62,715 bases of DNA, taken from assembly GCA_009885495.1 (NCBI GenBank), contig VFKP01000012.1, positions 1 to 62,715 on the forward strand, given 5' to 3'. The position numbers and the translations under genes were made by a program. Position 1 is the first letter of the stretch, and every line of letters starts with the position of its first letter. The stretch is from Gammaproteobacteria bacterium. GTDB lineage: Bacteria > Pseudomonadota > Gammaproteobacteria > UBA1113. Under the pieces are notes generated by a model, which was not told the origin of the DNA, did not search any database, and worked only from the letters and a program-made list of their open reading frames with translations. Below, in pieces: positions 29,566-36,814 of this stretch.

Positions 29566-31986
29566 CTATCTTTCACTATTCAGGTTTCTTTTCCAGAAAG
29601 CAGCTATTGGGCTATCTAGACTAGATCCGCGCACACTGCTGATGAGGCTAGGCCTATCATCACTGTAAAATATTAGGCTAATGGCGCCGTCGCGAGCCGT
29701 ATTATACTCTAAAATCCCTCTATCATGATAGCTTTTGACTATTTTTAGAGCAGGGAAATGATAGCGATTGAGATATCCGGTCGAGAAAATAACCCTTTTA
29801 GGAGCGACTTGCTCTAAAAACTCGGCTGAAGAAGAAGTCTGACTACCATGATGCGCTGCTACTAAGACCTCTGAAGCCAATAGATCCGGCGCTTCTTGAA
29901 CCAAACGGATTTCAGCCGTTTGCTCAATGTCCCCTGGTAATAAAATACGGTGTTTGCCTGCTCTCACCGACAGCACACAGGAAAGATTATTGCCCTTCAC
30001 AGGTTGATACAGAGGATCTGGGCCCAAGACCGTAAAATAAACGCCATCCCAAATCCAATGCTCACCGCTCAAACAATACCCTATTTTTAGCGTCTTTTGA
30101 GGATAGAACAGTGCTTGCTGACGAAATCTGGGATCTTGATACAAATGCTTTGTAAAAGGCGATTGTGAAGAACTGCTGATGAGACTGTGTACTGGGATTT
30201 GTTTTAAAATACTGGCCAATCCCCCACTGTGATCGGCATCTTGATGACTGACGATGACGGCATCTAATTTTGAAACTCCCTGCCATCTTAAAAAAGGGAG
30301 AATCGCTACAGTAGCCACATCACCTCCTCCATAAAAAGCAGGTCCCGTATCATACAATAAGCTATGATGCTGTGTTTCCACTAACAGCGATAATCCTTGT
30401 CCCACATCTAAAACCGTAATGCGCACAGCCCCTTGGGGTACCAGAGGATGCTTTAAACTCAGCGCAAGACAAAACCATAGCAAAGCTATCATTTTCAATT
30501 CCCAGGCTCGCGCCAATAGAATTAAAAAAAAACAAGCACTTAAAAGAGCCCATCCTAAGGCATTGACCCCCGTCCCCCAGATCATGGCCGGAAAATAATG
30601 GACAATATGATTTAAAACATAGAGTAACCCCCCAATATTCCAATTTAAAAAATGAACTATTATTTTTGTAGCTTCTGAAGAAACTCCCAAGACCATCAGG
30701 CCTAATAAAGAAAAAGGTAAAATAATCCAACTCACCCAGGGAATGGCAATCCAATTACTGAGCATAGCATTCATCGGCAATTGCTGAAAAAAAATAATGG
30801 AAAATGGAGCTAAACATAGACTCAAAGCCATTTGCATGAAAATGTGATTTTGTATCTTTGAAAGATCTTTAGGGCCATTCCAGACTAAAAAAGCAATACT
30901 GCCTACAGCAATAAAAGACAGCCAAAAACTTTTCGATAACAATTCTAAGGGATCGTAAAGACTGATGGCCACTGCCGAAAACAATAATACCGTAGACCAA
31001 GACAGTCTTCGATTTAAACTCCGACTTAAACCATATAAGCTGAGCATCAAACAGGCTCTCAATGTCGAGACTGCAAAACCAGCCAAAGCCCCATATCCCC
31101 AAACAGCTAGAATAGCGACAACTCCCGCAATGCGGGGTCTTGGCCAGAATTGAAAAAAGCCAGGACAGCATACCCAAAATAAAACGACAAAACCGTACGC
31201 AAACAAAGCGACTAAGCCGATGTGTAACCCCGAAATAGCCATTAAATGAAGCGTACCTGTATGTTGAAATAACATCCAAAGCTCTGGCGATAAATGAGAG
31301 CGGATCCCTAAAGTCAGCGCCGTGATCAGCGCCAAGCTCTGTGGTTGATCAATCAACTGCATTAAGCGCCGATCTAAATTTTGACGCAAGAGATCAACAT
31401 TGAAAAGCCAATGGCCTTGTTTCAATTGAATCATCTTAGGTTTAGCCAGAAGAGTCCCTTCAGCATAATAGCCCGAGGCCCAATCCAAGGGTTTAAAAAA
31501 CCCGGGATTGGCCCAATGATGAGACCGCTTTAAACGTAGGCTAAACCGCCAAAACTGTCCGGGTTTAAATTCAGGGGCAGTCTGTCCTGTGCTTTGATAA
31601 CGTTTCACTGAGATTAAGGCTGCAGTTTTTTGACAAGGCAAACTCGGCTTTTTAATTAAGCACAGACAAGACAGTTGAAATAAAAAGGCTTGTTTGAGCG
31701 GATCGAAATACACCGGCGAAACGATTTGACCTTCTGCTTGCAAAGGCTGATTCTGCCAAGACAAGGGTAATTGATGATCCCTAACCGTCATATAATAGTG
31801 AAAAACCCAAAACCCCGAACTGAACCATAAGATCAAAGCCAAGCCCCAATGCGCGGGTTTACCGATGAACGCCAATAATGTTAAGATTTCCACTAGAATT
31901 GCCAAGCCGCTAGCCCCTGCAGAGACCCAAAACAAGAGAGCCATGTCTAAGGAACCGGCAAAGCAAGAAAATAATACAATCCACAT
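29566..31986 (-). CDS. comEC: DNA internalization-related competence protein ComEC/Rec2
   Basis: 806-aa polytopic ORF with a C-terminal metallo-beta-lactamase motif (VSHQDADHSGG). Conserved comEC-msbA-lpxK order. Confidence 0.85.
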   Translation of the reverse strand: MWIVLFSCFAGSLDMALLFWVSAGASGLAILVEILTLLAFIGKPAHWGLALILWFSSGFWVFHYYMTVRDHQLPLSWQNQPLQAEGQIVSPVYFDPLKQAFLFQLSCLCLIKKPSLPCQKTAALISVKRYQSTGQTAPEFKPGQFWRFSLRLKRSHHWANPGFFKPLDWASGYYAEGTLLAKPKMIQLKQGHWLFNVDLLRQNLDRRLMQLIDQPQSLALITALTLGIRSHLSPELWMLFQHTGTLHLMAISGLHIGLVALFAYGFVVLFWVCCPGFFQFWPRPRIAGVVAILAVWGYGALAGFAVSTLRACLMLSLYGLSRSLNRRLSWSTVLLFSAVAISLYDPLELLSKSFWLSFIAVGSIAFLVWNGPKDLSKIQNHIFMQMALSLCLAPFSIIFFQQLPMNAMLSNWIAIPWVSWIILPFSLLGLMVLGVSSEATKIIVHFLNWNIGGLLYVLNHIVHYFPAMIWGTGVNALGWALLSACFFLILLARAWELKMIALLWFCLALSLKHPLVPQGAVRITVLDVGQGLSLLVETQHHSLLYDTGPAFYGGGDVATVAILPFLRWQGVSKLDAVIVSHQDADHSGGLASILKQIPVHSLISSSSQSPFTKHLYQDPRFRQQALFYPQKTLKIGYCLSGEHWIWDGVYFTVLGPDPLYQPVKGNNLSCVLSVRAGKHRILLPGDIEQTAEIRLVQEAPDLLASEVLVAAHHGSQTSSSAEFLEQVAPKRVIFSTGYLNRYHFPALKIVKSYHDRGILEYNTARDGAISLIFYSDDRPSLISSVRGSSLDSPIAAFWKRNLNSER

Positions 31987-32042
31987 TTATTTTCCAAAGA
32001 ATAAATAAATATTTTACATGAACATATTTTAGTTGGCTAGTC

Positions 32043-32978
32043 ATGGATCATCAAAAAGCGCCTTCCTTCGATTCAACTTGGTTGAAACCCCAGTATTGGG
32101 GTTTATGGCTGGGATATGCCCTGGTCTGGCTACTGTTAAAATTACCTTTGTCTTGGCTGTATCGCTTGGGTGCCGCCATGGGTGAGCTGGGACTATACCT
32201 AGCCCCTCATCGACGACGTGTATGCGCCACGAATCTTCGTCTGTGCTTTCCAAACTACAGCCCCTTACAACAAAAAGAATTGCTGCGCGCTTGTTTTCGC
32301 TCGGTCGGATTGAGTTTAATTGAAACAGCGTTGGCATGGTTGGGATCAGAACAGAAAATTCGCCCCCTAGTATTACACATCGAAGGCTTAGAGCATCTAA
32401 AAACTGCCGAAGAGCAATCAGGCTTATTGTGCTTGGGTTTTCATTTTACAACTTTAGAAATCATTGGACGTTTACTCTCGCGCACGCACTCTTTCGCTTT
32501 ATTGTATCGCGCGCATAAAAATCCCTTATTTAATTATTTTATGGTAAAAAGTCGCGCGCATTACGTCTACGCTTCTTTAGAACGGCATGAATTACGTCCC
32601 TTGATCCGTTTGCTTAGACAAGGCGTGCCGGCTTGGTATGCTCCCGATCAAGACTATGGTCGAAAACTCAGTGTCTTTGCACCTTTTTTTAATATCCCAA
32701 CGGCCACCATCACTACCACTGCCAAAATGGCCAAAAGTTTAAATTTAACGGTTGTGCCGGTCACTTATTATCGCGGCAAAGAACATCACTATTATTTAAA
32801 AATTCACCCGGCTTTTAAACATTATCCTGCCGATGATGAAATCGAAAATGCGGCTAGAATTAATGAAGTTCTGGAAAGCGCTATCCGTGAACATCCTGAA
32901 CAATATTTATGGCAACACCGCCGTTTTAAAACACGACCCAATAAAATTTCTAAAATTTATGTCAAACAGAAAAAATAG
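32043..32978 (+). CDS. lpxL: lipid A biosynthesis lauroyl/myristoyl acyltransferase (LpxL/HtrB family)
   Basis: 311 aa. N-terminal TM helix, an HX4(D/E)-type motif (GFHFTTLE) and C-terminal EQYLWQHRRFK. Confidence 0.8.
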   Translation: MDHQKAPSFDSTWLKPQYWGLWLGYALVWLLLKLPLSWLYRLGAAMGELGLYLAPHRRRVCATNLRLCFPNYSPLQQKELLRACFRSVGLSLIETALAWLGSEQKIRPLVLHIEGLEHLKTAEEQSGLLCLGFHFTTLEIIGRLLSRTHSFALLYRAHKNPLFNYFMVKSRAHYVYASLERHELRPLIRLLRQGVPAWYAPDQDYGRKLSVFAPFFNIPTATITTTAKMAKSLNLTVVPVTYYRGKEHHYYLKIHPAFKHYPADDEIENAARINEVLESAIREHPEQYLWQHRRFKTRPNKISKIYVKQKK

Positions 32979-33015
32979 CTAACTACTCGTGCCTCTTTTT
33001 CAGAAAAACTGCTGA

Positions 33016-33060
33016 ACTCCCCTCGCCCGGTATTCCGGGAGAGGGGTTGGGGAAGAGGGC
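33016..33060. repeat. REP-like GC-rich palindromic element, copy 1
   Basis: aactcccctcgcccggtattccgggagaggggttggggaagagggc. The stem ccctcgcccgg/ccgggagaggg has 1 mismatch. It shares its 18-nt 5' core (aactcccctcgcccggta) with 33888..33933. Confidence 0.55.
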
Positions 33061-33068
33061 ATTCTCTT

Positions 33069-33413
33069 TTATTCGCCCGAACTGTTTGGCACCACCAGCA
33101 GTTGATTCAAGTTCATACACAACTCATTTAAATCATGGCTGATCGGTTCATCTTTCTGACTATCAAATACATAGTCTTGCAGAAATTTAAAAAATTTCGT
33201 AAGCCCTGTCAGTTCTTTAAAATAATTTAAAAAAACAGGCTCTCCCTGCCCAGCAGCTGGAGTTTCTAAAGCGTAAAAATAAAGCGTTAATTGCTTAACG
33301 GCAAAAAGAAAATATTTCTTTTCTTCCGAAAGCGTCTCATCCATCTGCCAACGCCGATCAAAATCAGCTAATGCAGAAATTGCTTTTTCAGTCATTGAAT
33401 GCACAGTCATCAT
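33069..33413 (-). CDS. hypothetical protein (114 aa, acidic, no recognisable motif)
   Basis: ORF with GAGGT 5 nt upstream of a double ATG. I recognise no family. Confidence 0.45.
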   Translation of the reverse strand: MMTVHSMTEKAISALADFDRRWQMDETLSEEKKYFLFAVKQLTLYFYALETPAAGQGEPVFLNYFKELTGLTKFFKFLQDYVFDSQKDEPISHDLNELCMNLNQLLVVPNSSGE

Positions 33414-33887
33414 CGATACCTCGCTACTCGTTCAATCCTAAATTGAGTCAAAGGCTATTTTCGTAAAACCACCTAAAGCATATAGCTCAGGACAAAGGCC
33501 CTACGTTTTTTCCTTGATTATTAAGGTTTAAGCTTTTGAAAAAATTTCCACCTTTTATGAACTATGGAATATCCAGATCCTACAAGAAACGTTTACTTTT
33601 CCAATAGTCATAACCATTTCAAACCCAGCATGCGAGAGGATCTTTAATACTCTAAACACAAAACGATCATTCGCTCACACACCTCAATAGCTAATTTTAA
33701 AGAATTTAAAAATTATGTCAAGATCTTTTCAGGTTTAAATTAAAGTATTTATTGTTTTTTACATCTTTAAAGTTTTTTTCCTGTGCTATTTTAGAACTTC
33801 TGTAAATATTTTTCTCAACTCTTAGAGAAAGCGAAAATTCTCCGCACACTTCTCCTAAGAGAGGAATAGCTTCAACAAGCTAAGAGC

Positions 33888-33933
33888 AACTCCCCTCGCC
33901 CGGTACTGCGCAGTACTGTCCGGGGAAAGTGCG
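33888..33933. repeat. REP-like GC-rich palindromic element, copy 2
   Basis: Has the same 18-nt core as 33016..33033, followed by the perfect palindrome gtactgcgcagtac. Confidence 0.5.
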
Positions 33934-33990
33934 TAAAAAGAGGTTTTACTGAACCTTTATATCCTCAAATTCTATTCCAGAACGAAGAAG

Positions 33991-34084
33991 TAGCTTATCC
34001 TCAGGTCAAACCGTTTGCGGCAAGGATGCCGCAACCGAGCCCCCAGGGGTGAGTTTACGGCGTGTTTGACCGAGGGTAAGCTGC
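33991..34084. other. about 95-nt structured palindromic element (possible sRNA or REP)
   Basis: The outer arms tagcttatcctcaggtcaaac and gtttgaccgagggtaagctg are imperfect inverted repeats. The inner hairpin ttgcggca-AGGA-tgccgcaa is perfect. Confidence 0.35.
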
Positions 34085-34142
34085 TCTGAGCTCTTTCTGG
34101 CTCTGCCCTGTATCTTCTTTCCTTTAGGAATCGGCTTGTTTT

Positions 34143-35075
34143 TTAAGCCAGCACCGCATCTTGAATGACTGAGCAAAATAAATCCTCACTGAGTTTTTCA
34201 GTCTCATAGAGATAATCATTCCAAGAAGTGGCTGGAATACTTTCATTCTGATTGGGCAGTAAAAATCGCATTTTACGTTTTGACTTAAGCGCTTCAATGG
34301 TATTTTTACTCGCACCATTATCTTTAGCCAATACTGCATAATCAGCAAAATCCGAGCGCCATTGACAGGCCAGCACGGTTTTTTGACCTTGCGCATCGAC
34401 AAACAAATAACTGCCATTGTGATCAAATAGATAATATTCGACGGCTTTAGTCCGCGTCAACAGCTCATTAAATTTAAGGATATAATGAGGATCTTCAAAA
34501 GGAACCTTAAATTGACTGTTAAACGAGGGCATCACTCGATTGTGCAGATCGCGAAAAAAAGCATACTGCTCTTCTTGGATATCCGCCAATAAAGCATTAA
34601 ATAAATTTTCTGTGTTTTTTAACACAAAGCGATCGACTACATGCTTATTTAAAACATCAATGCCCAGCGCTTGGCTAGCAACCCCGGTTAAAAGAAGGGT
34701 TTTAAGGCCAAATTCTTTTGCCGATTGACAGAACTCTAAGCCGGTCCCTCCTTGCAGATGATAATCGACCACAGCAACAGACACTAATTGGTTTTTGCGT
34801 TTATTTTCAAAAACCTCTAACGTTTTTTGTGGCTCTAAGGAAATCAAATGGCCGTCTCTATCCAATTCAGCCATTTCAACACGACCCGTTACTTTCTTCA
34901 CAAGATCAATCGCATTTTTGGCTTTAACATGTTCTAAAGCTTCTTCGCCATTTGAGAAAGTCAGCGGATTCAAAGCTTTCATCTGCTCTTTCACCACTTC
35001 CAAGAAAACGGCATTATCATCGATCCAAATGGTTGATGTTGGAAAATACATGAAAATAGGTTTGGTCTTATTCAT
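34143..35075 (-). CDS. atypical response regulator (receiver with long insertion + unknown output domain), LqsR-like
   Basis: Acidic pocket IWIDDN. Phospho-acceptor context VAVVDYHLQGGTGLEF around residue 106, then KTLLLTG. The C-terminal domain of about 170 aa has no known motif. The track start at 35081 is TTG; the ATG at 35075 has AAGAGG 6 nt upstream. Confidence 0.6.
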   Translation of the reverse strand: MNKTKPIFMYFPTSTIWIDDNAVFLEVVKEQMKALNPLTFSNGEEALEHVKAKNAIDLVKKVTGRVEMAELDRDGHLISLEPQKTLEVFENKRKNQLVSVAVVDYHLQGGTGLEFCQSAKEFGLKTLLLTGVASQALGIDVLNKHVVDRFVLKNTENLFNALLADIQEEQYAFFRDLHNRVMPSFNSQFKVPFEDPHYILKFNELLTRTKAVEYYLFDHNGSYLFVDAQGQKTVLACQWRSDFADYAVLAKDNGASKNTIEALKSKRKMRFLLPNQNESIPATSWNDYLYETEKLSEDLFCSVIQDAVLA

Positions 35076-35084
35076 TGTCAACCT

Positions 35085-35559
35085 CTTTAAAAAATAATGG
35101 CTGCTCAGCGATACATTCTGCTAGAGTATCTCACTGAGTCCCTGCGTTAAAAAAATAGGTTTTATTCGAGTGAATATCGATCTTCAGTACATGTCCATAA
35201 GATTTTAAAATTTTTTCCATAGTCGACATCTCCCATACAAACCTGTGATTACCTTCACTTTTGAACCTCCAAGTTCTTATTTTTTTAATGACCGATCAGG
35301 GTTTTATGACCCGTTAAAAAATCATGTTCTGCAGAATACTGTGACAAAAAATGGCAATAGTCCAAAAGTTTTGATATTTCAGGTTGAAGTAGATTGAAGA
35401 TTCTTTCGGCTTCGCTCTTAAATATCGGCCCTAAGATCGCTGTGAGTCATCCGCAAACTCAATACTTCAATTAACCCTTGAACATTCACTATAAGGAGTG
35501 CTGATTTCGTGCGAAATTTCTTGCAAAACCTCATGAAGCCCATTTGACTCTATATTCAT
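35085..35559 (-). pseudogene. decayed sensor histidine kinase remnant (H-box/DHp region)
   Basis: A 30-codon ORF (35467..35559) follows AAGGAG-N5-ATG and encodes MNIESNGLHEVLQEISHEISTPYSECSRVN. It contains an H-box-like SHEISTP (compare SHE[IL]RTPL). Downstream the reading breaks into other frames (LIEVLSLRMTHSDLRADI, ERSRKNLQSTST), consistent with DHp helix 2. There is no intact ATPase domain before the regulator gene. Confidence 0.4.
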
Positions 35560-35640
35560 TTATTCTCCTTAAGGCCGGCCTACCCCTATTGTCCTCTACT
35601 CTATTTTCGTCTCGTCTTTTCAAAACAGATGCGTATTGTG

Positions 35641-35694
35641 AACTTATTTTATGCCATTTTCAAGTTTATTTTACCATTTTAAAACTTATTTTGG
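35641..35694. repeat. 2.5 imperfect AT-rich tandem repeats (about 20-22 bp)
   Basis: The units are aacttattttatgccattttca, agtttattttaccattttaa and aacttattttgg. Confidence 0.6.
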
Positions 35695-35799
35695 ATTAAA
35701 TCAACCCAGAATATCAGGATATCAGATGAAAACAGATTTTTTTAGGTTTTTTATTATGCAAACTAAGCTTTTGAAGTGCTGAAAAAATACAAATATAAC

Positions 35800-35828
35800 T
35801 TGTCCTTTGATTTTTAGTTTGCTAGACT
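35800..35828 (+). promoter_or_regulatory. candidate sigma70 promoter for the GST gene
   Basis: TTGTCC, 17-nt spacer, TAGACT, located 49 nt upstream of the ATG at 35877. Confidence 0.3.
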
Positions 35829-35876
35829 AGACAGGCCTTATTTTTAAAACCCGCTCATCTTTAGGAGAACAAACGC

Positions 35877-36542
35877 ATGTTAAGTTTTTACGGTACCTCT
35901 CTTTCCTCCCCCTCCAATAAAGTTCGTTTTTTGCTCAACTACTTGGGCTTGCCCTATGAATTTATCAGTCTAAACTTAGCCGCTGGTGAACAAAAACAAG
36001 CCGATTTTTTAAAAATCAATCCCTATGGCAAAGTCCCAGCGATTAACGACAATGGTTTTTGTTTAGCGGAAAGTAATGCCATCTTGCGTTATTTGGCAGA
36101 AAAAACCCAGTCTGAGCTGTATCCCCGCGAATTAAAAGAACGCGCTCTGGTTGAACAAGCCTTAGATTTTGCAGCTATGCAGATTGGCACAGCCACCGCT
36201 AAAATAATGATGAATACTTATTTTTATCGCTTGCTGAATATCAGTGTTGATGAACGTTCTTTACAAGAAGGGCGTCTTTGGTTGGATCGTTATTTGCCTG
36301 TACTCGAAGACAATTTAAACCAGCATGCTTTTATTGCCAGCAATAAATTGAGCATTGCCGATATTGCCTTATTATCGGCTTTAGATGTGGCTGAACTCAT
36401 TGACCTGAGCTTCGCCGCTTATCCCAAGCTCAAGGCCTGGCGTAATAAATTGATGGCTGAGTCTTTCTACCAATCTTGTCATACCAACTTCACGGCCAAT
36501 TTTAAAGCCCATGTTGGATTTTTATTGGAAGAAAAGGTTTAA
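35877..36542 (+). CDS. glutathione S-transferase
   Basis: 221 aa. The N-terminal thioredoxin-like GST fold shows SSPSNKVRFLL, NPYGKVPAI and ESNAILRYLA. AGGAGA is the SD. Confidence 0.8.
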   Translation: MLSFYGTSLSSPSNKVRFLLNYLGLPYEFISLNLAAGEQKQADFLKINPYGKVPAINDNGFCLAESNAILRYLAEKTQSELYPRELKERALVEQALDFAAMQIGTATAKIMMNTYFYRLLNISVDERSLQEGRLWLDRYLPVLEDNLNQHAFIASNKLSIADIALLSALDVAELIDLSFAAYPKLKAWRNKLMAESFYQSCHTNFTANFKAHVGFLLEEKV

Positions 36543-36554
36543 ATTTTTACGGTC

Positions 36555-36589
36555 AAGGCCAGAACAAAACCATTTTTGACTCTGGCCTT
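36555..36589 (+). terminator. candidate intrinsic terminator after the GST gene
   Basis: aaggccaga/tctggcctt (9 bp) plus an inner caaaa/ttttg stem, followed by the T-rich tgcctttagtttt. Confidence 0.4.
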
Positions 36590-36814
36590 TGCCTTTAGTT
36601 TTAGCACTAATGAATTTGTGGATACACTGATGACAGGCTGCAAAAATTGTTTTTTTCATCTCTGTAAACATATCAAAACTCGCTTAGTCTTATCCCTTTT
36701 CCCCCTATCAACCAGCTGTTTTGTCGGGTTTTTTATACTCGTTTAGGAATTTACCGTTTTAGAATGAAGGTGGGCAAGATGCCAAAAGATAACCATTTTC
36801 AAGGAGTATGAAAA

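Noticed and set aside
33840-34140. Possibility that the whole region encodes an RsmY/RsmZ-type CsrA-sponge RNA.
   Set aside because: Only about three GGA motifs are present on the plus strand, and only one sits in a convincing hairpin loop. There is no clear promoter or terminator. The single hairpin is kept as a lower-key finding instead.
35510-35525. tgcgaaatttcttgca, similar to the LetA/GacA box (T.AGAAATTTCT.A) that precedes RsmY/Z sRNA genes.
   Set aside because: There are two mismatches at conserved positions. It lies inside the kinase-relic reading frame, and no GGA-rich hairpin series follows it.
36522-36659. 45-aa Cys-containing minus-strand ORF (MKKTIFAACHQCIHKF...) in the gap after the GST gene.
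   Set aside because: It has no SD, overlaps the GST 3' end and the terminator hairpin in antisense, and has a basic low-complexity composition. It is probably not coding.
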